Source of the DNA: Mobula hypostoma
Taxonomy: Eukaryota
Length of the DNA stretch: 64,000 nt
Assembly (NCBI RefSeq): GCF_963921235.1
Contig: NC_086108.1
Location: 117,306,001 to 117,370,000, forward strand
Direction of reading: 5' to 3'
Positions 13,230 through 25,300 of the stretch are shown in pieces. Each line of letters starts with the position of its first letter. Position 1 is the stretch's first letter. A program made the translations under genes and the position numbers. The notes beneath the pieces were generated by a model. The model saw nothing but the letters and a program-made list of their open reading frames with translations, was not told the origin of the DNA and made no database searches.

Positions 13230-16200
13230 AGGGCACTGGAGTGAGAGGGCTTTTTCCTCAACGGGCTTAGGCGGTAACAAGGCGAGGTGAGGTAGATTTT
13301 CTGTGTTAATTGCAGAAAGGAAGAATGCGTGTGAGGCCAGTTTTCTGTGCTCGGTGTCAGATGTGGGAGGTCCTGGAGTCTCCCAGCCTCCCGGACGGCC
13401 ATATCTGCAGCCGGTGTGTTGAGCTGCAGCTCCTTAGGGACCGCATTAGGGAATTGGAGATGCAGCTCGATGACCTTCGTCTGGTCAGGGAGAGTGAGGA
13501 GGTGATAGAAAGGTGTTATAGGCAGGTGGCCACGGGAGACAGACAAGCGGGTCACAGTCAGGAGGGGAAACGGGAAGAGTCAGGTACTAGAGAGTCCCCC
13601 TGTGGCTGTACCCCTTGATGATAAGTATTCCTGTACTGGAAAGGAAGAGGAAGGCAGTAGTGATAGGGGACTCTGTAGTTAGGGGGTCAGACAGGAGATT
13701 CGGTGGACTCAGGAAAGAAACTCGGAAGGTAGTTTGCCTCCCAGGTGCCAGAGTCCGGGATGTTTCAGATCGCGTCCAAGATATCCTGCAGTGGGAGAGA
13801 GAACAGCCAGAGGTCGTGGTACATATTGGTACCAATGACATGGGTAGGAAAAGGGGAGAGGTCCTGAAAGCAGCCTACAGGGAGTTAGGAAGGAAGTTGA
13901 GAAACAGGACCTCAAAAGTAGTAATCTCAGGATTACTGCCTGTACCATGCAACAGTGAGTATAGGAATAGAATGAGGTGGAGGATAAATGCGTGGCTGAG
14001 GGATTGGACCAGGGGGCAGGGATTCAGATTTCTGGATTATTGGGACCTCTTTTGGGGCAGGTCTGACCTGTACAAAAAGGACTGGTTGCACTTGAATCCC
14101 AGGGGGACCAATATCCTGGCGGGGATGTTTGCTAAGACTACTGGGGAGAGTTTAAACGAGAATTGTTGAGGGGTGGGAACTGAACTGAAGAGACTGGGGA
14201 AGAGGCGGTTGGCTCACAAATAGACAAAGCTTGGAGACAGTGTGTGAGGGACGATAGGCAGGTGATAGAGAAGGGATGCCCTAAGATGGACGGTTTGAGA
14301 TGTGTCTATTTTAACACAAGGAGTATTGTGAACAAAGCGGATGAGCTTAGAGCGTGGATCAGTACTTGGAGCTATGATGTGGTGGCCATTACAGAGACTT
14401 GGATGGCTCAGAGAGAGGAATGGTTACTTCAAGTGCCGGGTTTTAGATGTTTCAGAAAGGACAGGGAGGGAGGCAAAAGAGGTGGGAGGTGAACACCCTG
14501 GAGGGATTGTCTACGGAGTCTGTGTGGGTGGATGTTAGGAACAGAAAGGGGTCAAGAAATTTACTGGGTGTTTTTTACAGGACGCCCAATAGTAACAGGG
14601 ATATCAAGGAGAAGATAGAGTAACAAATCTTGGAAAGGTGTAATAATAACAGAATTGTTGTGATGGAAAATTTAATTTCCCAAGTATCAATTGGCATTTC
14701 CTTAGAGTGAGGGGTTTAGATGGGGTGGAGTTTGTTAGGTGTGTTCAGGAAGGTTTCTTGACACAATATGTAGATAAGCCTACAAGAGCAGAGACTGTAC
14801 TTGATTTGGTATTGGGAAATGAACCTGGTCAGGTGTCAGATCTTTCAGTGGGAGAGCATTTTGGAGATAGTGATCATAATTCTATCTCCCTTACAATAGT
14901 ATTGGAGAGAGATAGGAACAGACAATTTAGAAAAACATTTAATTGGAGCAAGGGGAATTATGAGGCTATCAGGCAGGAAATTGGAATCTTAAATTGGGAA
15001 CAGATGTTCTCAGGGAAAGGTGCGGAAGAAATGTGGCAAATGCTCAGGGGACATTTGTGTGGAGTTCTGTGGAGTTGTGTGGTACGTTCCAATGAGACAG
15101 GGAAGTTATGGTAGGGTACAGGAACCATGGTGTACAAAGGCTGTAATGAATCTAGTCAAGACGGTTCAGAGAGTAAGGTAATGTTAGAGATCTAGAAGAT
15201 GATAAGGCTAAAAGGAAGGAGCTTAAAAAAGAAATTAGGAGAGCCAGAAGGGGCCATGAGAAGGCCTTGGTGGCAGGATTAAGGAAAACCCCGAGGCATT
15301 CTACAAGTATGTGAAGAGCTGGAGGATAAGGCGTGAAAGAATAGCACCTATCAAGTGTGGCAGTGGGAAAGTGTGTATGGAACCGGAGGAAATAGCAGAG
15401 GCACTTAATGAATACTTTACTTCAGTATTCACTATGGAAGAGCATCTTGGTGACTTGCAGCAGATTGAAAAGTTTGAGCATGTAGATATTAAGAAAGAGG
15501 ATGTGCTGGAGCTTTTGGAAAGCATCAAGTTGGATAAGTCACCAGGACCGGATGAGATGTACCCCAGGCTACTGTGGGAGGCGAGGGAGGAAATTGCTGA
15601 GCCTCTGATGATGATCTTTGCATCAATGAGGACGGGAGAGGTTCCGGAGGATTGGAGGGTTGCGGATGTTGTTCCTTTACTCAAGAAAGGGAGCAGAGAT
15701 AGCCCAGGAAATTATAGACCAGTGAGTCTTACTTCAGTGGTTGGTAAGTTGATGGAGAAGATCCTGAGAGGCAAGATTTATGAACATTTGGAGAGGTTTA
15801 ATATGATTAGGAATCGTCAGCATGGCTTTGTCAAGGGCAGGTCGTGCCTTACGAGCCCAATTGAATTTTTGGAGGATATGGCTAAACACGTTGATGAAGG
15901 AAGAGCAGTAGATGTAGTGTATATGGATTTCAGCAAGGCATTTGATAAGGTACCCCATCGAAGGCTTATTGAGTAAAGTAAGGAGACATGAGATCCAAGG
16001 GGACATTGCTTTGTGGATCCAGAACTGGCTTGCCCACCGAAGGCAAAGAGTGGTTATAGACAGGTCATATTCTGCATGGAGGCCTGTCACCAGTGGTGTG
16101 CCTCAGGGATCTGTTCTGGGACCCTTACTCTACGTGATTTTTATAAATGACCTGGATGAGGAAGTGGAGGGATGGGTTAGTAAGTTTGCTTATGACACAA

Positions 16201-17375
16201 AGGTTGGGGGTGTTGTGGATAGTGTGGAGGGTTGTCAGAGGTTACAGCGAGACATTGATAGGATGCAAAACTGGGCTGAGAAGTGGCAGGTGGAGTTCAG
16301 TCCAAATACGTGTGAAGTGGTTCATTTTGGTTGGTCAAATATGATGGCAGAATATAGTATTAATTGTAAGACTCTTGGCAGTGTGGAGGATCAGAGGGAT
16401 CTTGGGGTACGAGTCCATAGGACATTCAAAGCAGCTGCACAGGTTGACTCTGTGGTTAAGAAGGCATACGGTGTATTGGCCTTCATCAATCGTGGAATTG
16501 AACTTAGGAGCCGAGAGGTAATGTTGCAGTTATATAGGTCCCTGGTCAGACCCCACTTGGAGTACTGTGCTCACATATAGGAAGGATGTGGAAGCCATAG
16601 AAAGGGTGCAGAGGAGATTTATAAAGATGTTGCCTGGATTGGGGAGCATGCCTTATGTTGAGTGAACTCGGCCTTTTCTCCTTGGAGCGACAGAGGATGA
16701 GAGGTGACCTGATAGAGGTGTATAAGATGATGAGAGGCATTGATCGTGTGGATAGTCAGAGGCTTTTTCCCAGGGCTGAAATGGTTGCTACAAGAGGACA
16801 CAGGTTTAAGGTGCTGAGGGAGTTGGTACAGAGGCGATGTCAGGGGTAAGTTTTTTACACAGAGAGTGGTGAGTACACGGCATGGGCTGCCGGCAACAGT
16901 GATGGAGGCGGATATGTTAAGGTCTTTTAAGATGCTTTCAGATAGGTGCATAGGCATCCGTTAGTCTCATGAGACCTTGGATTTGTGCCTTGGAAGGTTT
17001 CCAGAGTACAGGCCTGGGCAAGGTTGTTTAGAAGACCAGCTGTTGCCCATGCTGCAAGTCTCCCCTCTCCACGACACTGATGTTGTCCAAGGGAAGGGCA
17101 TTAGGACCCATACAGCTTGGGTAATGTGTGGTTAAGTGCCTTGCTCAAGGACACAACACATTGTCTCAGCCAAGGCTCGAACCAGCGACCTTCAAATCAC
17201 TAGACGAATGCCTTAACCACTTGGCCACATGCCAACACATAGGTACATGGAGCTTAGAAAAATAGAGGGCTATGGGTAAGCCTAGTAATTTCTAAGGTAG
17301 GGACAAGTTCGGCACAACTTTGTGGGCTGAAGGGCCTGTATTGTGCTGTAGGTTTTCTATGTTTCTATGTTTCTA
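13230..17375 (+). mobile_element. Essentially full-length CR1 LINE (ORF1 Zn-finger/coiled-coil/SGNH esterase; ORF2 APE+RT), disrupted, with a SINE inserted near the 3' end
   Basis: ORF1: CARC..CSRC, ELEMQLDDL, VVIGDSVVRG, HIGTND, DWLHLN. ORF2 motifs across 14244-16950. (tttctatg)n tail at ~17354-17375. Confidence 0.95.
16952..17238 (-). mobile_element. tRNA-derived SINE with CORE-like central domain
   Basis: Minus-strand Pol III A box TGGCCAAGTGG (17217-17227) and B box GGTTCGAGCC (17174-17183); GTGTCCTTGAGCAAGGCACTTAACC (17130-17154); 10-bp TSD ataggtRcat (16942-16951 / 17239-17248). Confidence 0.85.
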
Positions 17376-17424
17376 GATGCTGCCTGGCCTGCTGAGTTCT
17401 TTCAGCATTTTGTCTGTGTGAGTG

Positions 17425-18265
17425 TATTATCCAGGCTAGGGGATCATATCGTTACAATGGGAGAGAAAAGGAATCTTGAGGGGCACCATTTTCACAAAGA
17501 AGTTGGTCTGTTTCTGGAATGAGGTCCAGAGGAATGGTAGCGGTATGTACGTTCAGACAGGTACATGGATAGGACAGGTTCAGAGGGGATTTGGCACAAA
17601 TGCAGGCAAATGGGACTGGCTCAGGCATGCATAGATAACATGGCCGGAGGAGGTGTTTTCCATACTGTACAAGTGTGTGACTCTGTTACTCTGTGAGTGG
17701 AGCCACAGGAGAGGGGCAAAATCTTCTGTAAATATTTTTGATTTGTATTTATGTTGGGGAAGGTCACAAAACTCGGGAATTCAGGGGACAGGGATGTTTT
17801 CGTAAACCAGATGCTTAATGTGTGGCTAAATCCCTGGAGTCAGACCAAAGGTATCGGAAGATCTTGTGGGGCTTTGGTAGAGATATACGAATCATCTTCC
17901 GCAATGGCTATGGTGCTGAAGACCAGAGCGTGGCTAACATCATGTCTTTATTTAAGAAAGGCTGCAAGGACAAGCCAGGAAGGAAAAGAATTGGGGAAAG
18001 TTACTGGATTCTGAGGGACAGGATCTACCGTATTTGCATAGATCAGAACTGATCAGGGACAGTCACAGCTTTATTCTCTGGATTAGAGGGTATGATTAGA
18101 GGAGAGGGTGAACAAACTTGGGTTGTCTTGACGGTTGAGGGGAGACCTGATCAGTCTGTCGAACTATGAGGGTACAGATAGATGGTGTAGACAATGAGAG
18201 ACTTACATCATAGGGAAATGCCAAATACAAGAGGGCATAGCTTTAACGTGAGAGGGAGAAAGTTT
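17425..18265 (+). mobile_element. Highly degraded CR1 fragments immediately upstream of the CpG island
   Basis: Remnants such as LFKKGCKDKPG, ILRDRIY and aatacaagagggcatagcttta. Confidence 0.6.
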
Positions 18266-18269
18266 TTTC

Positions 18270-18975
18270 TTGTATGGGCGCCTGGATCGGGCAGTCGGGG
18301 GAGTGGGTGATATACAGGCAGGGGAGATTGTTAGATGCGGCAAATTTGCCAGGGAGCCAGATGCAGAAAGAGGGGGTTTTCCGAGTGTGCGGACAGCGGA
18401 TTATCGGGGGGTATCATGTAATAAGGAGACGGAAACTGCGTGCAGTGCAGCGGACAGCAGACTGCCCATCAGGGTGAGTGTCCGCAAGGAGAGAGGCCGA
18501 TCGCCCCTGCATCCACAGCAGTGCCTCGCAGTCACATCCGCCGCGAGGTCCCGGGAGATGTGTCCGAGGGGCCCTCTCCCTACCGGAGACTGCATTGTCT
18601 AGTTGGAGGGAGGTTGGACACTGCGTGTTCCGGCTGCTGGGAGGGAGAGGGCTGCAGGTGCCGTTGGAGGGTGGGAGGAGAGGAGGGGAGGGCGGACGCA
18701 GCGGCGGCCGGAGTTGACCACCGGCCACGGGCAGACGGAAACCGAGCGTGGCTGGCTGTCGGCGCGGCGCCAGGGCCAGGCTGGCGATGGCGATGGGGAT
18801 GTGGACGCGTTGCGGCTGCGGACCGCTGCTGTTGTTGCTGCTACTGGGACAGGACAGTTCGTGGGTAAGTGAGAGATCGGGGGAGCGGCGTGTAGGGAGC
18901 TGCCTTCGATTCCAGAGCCCCTGCAAAGGCATTCTGACCGGCCGCACAGGACGTGGATGTGTAGGGGGCGGGGGG
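18270..18975 (+). promoter_or_regulatory. CpG-island-like promoter / 5' UTR of the olfm3-like gene
   Basis: Abrupt rise in GC and CpG content relative to the CpG-poor flanks; GC box GGGCGG at 18690-18695; encloses the signal-peptide exon. TSS not determinable from sequence. Confidence 0.8.
18787..18864 (+). CDS. olfm3: Noelin-3-like olfactomedin, first coding exon (signal peptide MAMGMWTRCGCGPLLLLLLLGQDSSW)
   Basis: Strong Kozak context gcgATGG, hydrophobic L7 core, consensus donor TGG|GTAAGT, phase 0 matching the next exon; LLLL..GQDSS resembles the recalled human OLFM3 short-isoform leader LLLLSLFAGLDPSK. Confidence 0.8.
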
Positions 18976-18991
18976 TTCACTGTGTGTCCAC

Positions 18992-18998
<7 letters not shown>

Positions 18999-19032
<34 letters not shown>
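18999..19032. repeat. (TG)17 microsatellite, followed by degenerate GT-rich sequence to ~19300
   Basis: Directly visible. Confidence 0.95.
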
Positions 19033-19037
<5 letters not shown>

Positions 19038-19399
19038 TATGTCAATGTGAATCTGTGTTCTTGTCTGTGAGTGCCTATGCGTATATGTGTGCAAGTGAAA
19101 ATGCGTGAATGTGTTTCCGAGAGTGTATTGTGTTGGGGGAGTGTGTTTGTATGTTCCTGTGTGTGGGGTATGGGGATAGTGTGTATGTGTATGTGTGCGA
19201 GTTTGTTTATGGAGAGTATGTTTCTGTGTGTGTGAGTGTGTGTGTGAGTCTGTGATGTGTTTCTGTGTGTGTGAATGTGTGCGAATGTGTGCTTTGTGTT
19301 TCTCTGTACTCGTCTCTTTCTGCCTCTTTCTCAATGTGTACGTGTCTGTTTCTTTCCCGATATCTATGTTTATCTCTCCCCTTGTCACTCCCATTCCCT

Positions 19400-22300
19400 C
19401 TCTCTCACTCCCTGTCACTCTGTTCTCCATCTGCGTCTCTCTCCTTCTCACTTTGCTCTCCATCTGTCTCTCCTTGTCTGCTCTCTATCTTGCTCACCCT
19501 CCCTGTCTGTGTTCCATGGCCTCTCTCTCTCTGTCACCCTGCTCTCCATCCCTCCCTCCCTCTCTCCCTCTTTCCGTCACCCTGCTCTCCATCCCTCCCT
19601 CCCTCCCTCTCTCCCCCTCACCCCCTCCATGTCACCCTGCTCTCCCTCCCTCCCTCTCTCCCTCTCTCTCTCTCCCTCCATGTCACTCTGCTCTCCATCC
19701 CTCCCTCCCTCTCTCTCTCTCTCGCTGACACTCTGATCTCCATCTCTCTCTCCCTGTCACTCTGATCTCCATCTCTCTCTCCCTGTCACTCTGATCTCCA
19801 ACACTCTCTCCCTGTCACTCTGATCTCCATCTCTCTCTCCCTGTCACTCGGATCTCCATCTCTCTCTTCCTGTCACTCTGATCTCCATCTCTCTCTCCCT
19901 GTCACACTGATCTCCATCTCTCTCTCTCTGTCACTGATCTCCAACACTCTCTCCCTGTCACTCTGATCTCCATCTCTCTCTCCCAGTCACACTGATCTTC
20001 AACACTCTCTCCCTGTCACTCTGATCTCCATGTCTCTCTCCCTGTCACTCTGATCTCCATCTCTCTCTCCCTGATACTTTCACCTGCATCTCTCTCTCCC
20101 TGTCACTCTGATCTCCATCTCTCTCTCCCTGTCACTCTGGTCTTCATCTCTCTCCCTGTCACTCTGATCTCCATCTCTCTCTCCCTGTCACTCTGATCTC
20201 CATCCCTTTCTCACTGTCACTCTGATCTCCAACACGTCTGCCTGACACTCTGATCTCCAACACACTCTCTCCCTGTCACTCTGATCTCCATCTCTGTATC
20301 CCTGTCACTCTGACCTCCAACAATCTTTCCCTGTCACTGTGATCTCCAATACTCTCTCACTGTCACTCTGATCTCCATCTCTCTCTCTCCCTGTCACTTT
20401 CATCTCCATCTCTCTCCCCCTGTCACTCTGATCTCCAACACTCTCTCCCTGTCACTCAGATCTCCAACACTCACTCCCTGTCACTTTGATCTCCATGTCT
20501 CTCTCCCTGACACTCTGATCTCCATCTCTCTCTCCCAGTCACTCTGATCTCCATCTGTCTCTCCCTGTCACTCGAATCTCCATCTCTGTCCCTGTCACTC
20601 TGATCTCCAACACTCTCTCCCTGTCACTCTGATCTCCATCTCTCTCTCCCTGTCACACTGATCTCCATCTCTCTCTCCCTGTTTCTCTGATCTCCATCCC
20701 TCTCCCTGACACTCTGATCTCCATATGTCTCTCCCTGTCACTCTAATCTCCAAAACACTCTCTCAGTCACTCTGATCTCTAACACTCTCTCCCTTTCAAT
20801 CTGATCTCCAACACCTTCTCCCTGTCACTCTGATCTCCAAGACTCTCTCCCTGTCACTCTGATCTCCAAGACTCTCTCCCTGTCACTCTGATCTCCAACA
20901 CTCTCTCCCTGTCACTCTGATCTCCATCTCTCTCTCCATCCCTATGATCTCCAACACTCTCTCCCTGTCACTCTGATCTCCATGTCTCTCTCGCTGTCAC
21001 TGTGATCTCCATCTCTCTCTCCCTGAAACTTTAACCTGCAGCTCTCTCTCCAAGTCACTCTGATCTCCATCTCGCTCTCCCTGTCACTCTGATCTCCAAC
21101 ACTCTTTCCCTGTCACTGTGATCTCCAACACTCTCTCACTGTCACTTTGATCTCCAACACGTCTCCCTGTTACTCTGATCTCCATCTCTCTCTCCCTGTC
21201 ACTCTGATCTCCAACACTCTCTCCCTGTCACTCTGATCTCCATGTCACTCTCCCTGTCACTGTGATCTCCATCTCTCTCTCCCTGTCACTCTGATCTCCA
21301 TCTCTCTCTCCCTGTCACTCTGATCTCCATCTCTCTCTCCCTGTCACTCTGATCTCCATCCCTTTCTCACTGTCACTCTGATCTCCAACACGTCTGCCTG
21401 TCACTCTTATCTCCAACACACTCTCTCCCTGTCACTCTGATCTCCAACACTCTTTCCCTGTCACTGTGATCTCCAACACTCTCTCACTGTCACTCTGATC
21501 TCCATCTCTCTCTCTCCCTGTCACTTTGATCTCCATCTCTCTCTCCCTGTCACTCAGATCTCCAACACTCTCTCCCTGTCACTCTGATCTCCATGTCTCT
21601 CTCCCTGTCACTCTGATCTCCATGTCTCTCTCCCTGTCACTGTGATCTCCATCTCTCTCTCACTGATACTTTCACCTGCATCTCTCTCTCCCTGTCACTC
21701 TGATCTCCATCTCTCTCTCCCTGTCACTCTGGTCTCCATCTCTCTCCCTGTCACTCTGATCTCCATCTGTCTCTCCCCCTGTCACTGTGAACTCCATCTC
21801 TCTCCCCCTGTTACTCTGATCTCCAGCACTCTCTCCGTCACTCAGATCTCCAACACTAACTCCCTGTCACTCTGATCTCCATGTCTCTCTCCCTGACACT
21901 CTGATCTCCATCTCTCTCTCCCTGTCACTCTGATCTCCATCCCTTTCTCACTGTCACTCTGATCTCCAACACGTCTCCCTGTCACTCTGATCTCCATCTC
22001 TCTCTCCCTGTCACTCTCATCTCCATCTCACTCTCCCTGTCACTCTGATCTCCATCCCGCTCTCACTATCACTATGATCTCCAACACTTTCTCCCTGTCA
22101 CTCTGGTCTCTAACACTCTCTCCCTGTCACTCTGATCTCCAACACTCTCTCCCTGTCCCTCTGATCTCCATTTCTCTCTCCCTGTCACTCTGATCTCCAT
22201 CTCTCTCTCCCTGTCACTCTGATCTCCATAGCTCTCTCCCTGTCACTCTGATCTCCATCTGTCTCTCCCTGTCACTCTAATCTCCAAAACACTCTCTCCT

Positions 22301-25300
22301 TGACACTCTGATCTCCAACAGTCTCTCCCTTTCACTCTGATCTCCATCTCTCTCTCGCTGTCACTCTGATCTCCATCTCTCTCTCTCACTGTCACTCGGA
22401 TCTCCAACACTCTGTCCCTGTCACTCTGATCTCCATCTCTCTCTCTCCCTGTCACTCTGATCTCCATCTCTCTCTCCCTGTCACTCTGATCTCCAACACT
22501 CTCTCCCTGTCACTGTGATCTCCAACAATCTCTCACTATCACTCTGATCTCCATCTCTCTCTCTCCCTGTCACTTTGATCTCCATCTCTCTCTCCCTGTC
22601 ACTCTGATCTCCAACACTCTCTCCCTGTCACTCTGATCTCCAACACTCTCTCCCTATCACTCTGAACTCCATCTCTCTCTCCCTGTCACTCTGATCTCCA
22701 ACACTCTCTCCCTGTCACTCTGATCTCCATGTCTCTCTCCCTGTCACCGTGATCTCCATCTCTCTCTCCCTGATACTTTAACCTGCAGCTCTCTCTCCCT
22801 GTCACTCTGATCTCCATCTCTCTCTCCCTGTCACTCTGATCTCCAACACTCTCTCCCTGTCACTCTGATCTCCATTTCGCTCTACCTGTCACTCTGATCG
22901 CCATCTCTCTCTCTGTCACTCTGATCTCCATCTCTCTCTCCCAGTCACACTGATCTCCAACACTCTCTCCCTGTCACTCTGATCTCTGTCTCTCTTTCCG
23001 TCACTCATGTCCAACTCTCTCTCCCTGTCACTCTGATCTCCAACACTCTCTCCCTGTCACTGTGATCTCCATCTCTCTCCCTGTCACTCTGATCTCCATC
23101 CCTTTCACACTGTCACTCTGATCTCCAACACGTCTCCCTGTCACTCTGATTTCCAACACTCTATCCCTGTCACTCTGATCTCCATCTCTGTCTCCCTGTC
23201 AATCTGATCTCCAACACTCTTTCCCTGTCACTCTGATCTCCATTGCTCTCTCCCTGTCACTCTGATCTCCATAGCTCTCTCCCTGTCACTCTGATCTCCA
23301 TCTGTCTCTCTCTGTCACTCTAATCTCCAAAACACTCTCTCAGACACTCTGATCTCTAACATCCTCTCCCGTTCAATCTGATCTCCAACACTCTCTCCCT
23401 GACACTCTAATCTCCATCTCTGTCCCTGTCACTCTGATCTCCAACACTCTCTCCCTGTCACTCTGATCTCCAACACTCTCTCCCTGTCACTCTGATCTCC
23501 ATCTCTCTCTCCCTGTCACTCTGATCTCCAGAGCTCTCTCCCTTGTCACTCGAATGTCCATCTGTGTCCCTGTCACTCTGATCTCCAAAACACTCTCTCC
23601 CTTTCAATCTGATCTCCAACACTCTCTCCCTTTCACTCTGATCAACAACACTCTCTCCTGTCACTCTGATCTCCATCTCTCTCTCCCTGTCACTCTGATC
23701 TCCAACACTCTTTCCCTGTCACTCTGATCTCCCACACTCTCTCCCTGTCACTCTGATCTCCATCTCTCTGCATCTGTCATTCTGATCTCCAACACTCTCA
23801 CCCTGTCACTCTGATCTCCATCTCTCTCTCCCTGTCACTCTGATCTCCATCTCTCTCTCCCTGTCACTCTGATCTCCAACACTCTCTCCCTGTCACTGAT
23901 CTCCAACGACTCTCCCTGTCACTCTGAACTCCATCTCTTTCCATCTGTCATTCTGATCTCCAACACTCTCACCCTGTCACTCTGATCCCATCTCTCTCTC
24001 CTGTCACTCTGATCTCCATCTCTCTCTCCCTGTCATCTTCTCTCCCTGTCACTCTGATCTCCATCTCTCTCCATCTGAAACTCGGATCTCGAACACTCTA
24101 TCCCTGTCACTCTGATCTCCATCTCTCTCCCTGTCACTCTGATCTCCAGAGCTATCTCCCTGTCACTCTGATCTCCATCTGTCTCTCCCTGTCACTATAA
24201 TCTCCAAAACACTCTCTCCCTGCCACTCTGATCTCCAACACTCTTTCCCTGTCACTCTGATCTCCCACACTCTCCCCCTGTCACTCTGAACTCCATCTCT
24301 CTGCATCTGTCATTCTGATCTCCAACACTCTCACCCTGTCACTCTGATCTCCATCTCTCTCTCCCTATCCCTCTGATCTCCATCTCTCTCTCCCTGTCAC
24401 TCTGATCTCCAACACTCTCTCCCTGTCACTCTGAACTCCATCTCTTTCCATCTGTCATTCTGATCTCCAACACTCTCACCCTGTCACTCTGATCACCATC
24501 TCTCTCTCCGTCACTCTGATCTCCATCTCTCTCTCCCTGTCACTCTGATCTCCATCTCTCTCCATCTGAAACTCTGATCTCCAACACTCTATCCCTGTCA
24601 CTGTGATCTCCATCTCTCTCCCTGTCACTCTGATCTCCAGAGGTATCTCCCTGTCACTCTGATCTCCATCTGTCACTCCCTGTCACTATAATCTCCAAAA
24701 CACTCTCTCCCTGCCACTCTGATCTCCAACACTCTTTCCCTGTCACTATGATCTCCAACACTCTCTCCCTGTCACTCTGATCTCCAACTCTCTCTCCCTG
24801 TCACTCTGATCTCCAGCACTCTCTCCCTGTGACTCTGATCTTCAACACTCTCTCCCTGTCACTCTGATCTCCAACACTTTCTCCCTGTCCCTCTGATCTC
24901 CAACACTCTCTCCCTCTCACTCTGATCTCCATCTCTCTCTCCCAGTCACGCTGATCTCCAACACTCTCACCCCGTGACTCTGATCTCCAACACTCTCTCC
25001 CTGTCACTCTGATCTCCAGCTCTCTCTCCCTGTCACTCTGAACTCCATCTGTCTCCATCTATCATTGCTGATCTCCAACACTCTTTCCCTGTCACTCTGA
25101 TCTCCCACACTCTCTCCCTGTCACTCTGAACTCCATCTCTCTGCATCTGTCATTCTGATCTCCAACACGCTCACCCTGTCATTCTGATCTCCATCTCTCT
25201 CTCCCTATCCCTCTGATCTCCATCTCTCTCTCCCTGTCACTCTGATCTCCAACACTCTCTCCCTGTCACTCTGAACTCCATCTCCTTCCATCTGTCATTC

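Noticed and set aside
17170..17238. tRNA gene
   Set aside because: A and B boxes are present but are followed by SINE body, flanked by a TSD, and lack a convincing acceptor stem; treated as a SINE head.
18361..18479. Upstream ATG and strong donor-like AGG|GTGAGT at 18474
   Set aside because: Would give a phase-2 junction incompatible with exon 2 and no signal peptide; a non-coding exon cannot be excluded but is unsupported.
18414..19765. Long ORFs (349 aa on -, 153-177 aa on +) over the CpG island and microsatellites
   Set aside because: Low-complexity HT/CV/SL translations of GC-rich and dinucleotide repeats; no domain; they overlap the real + strand exon and its donor.
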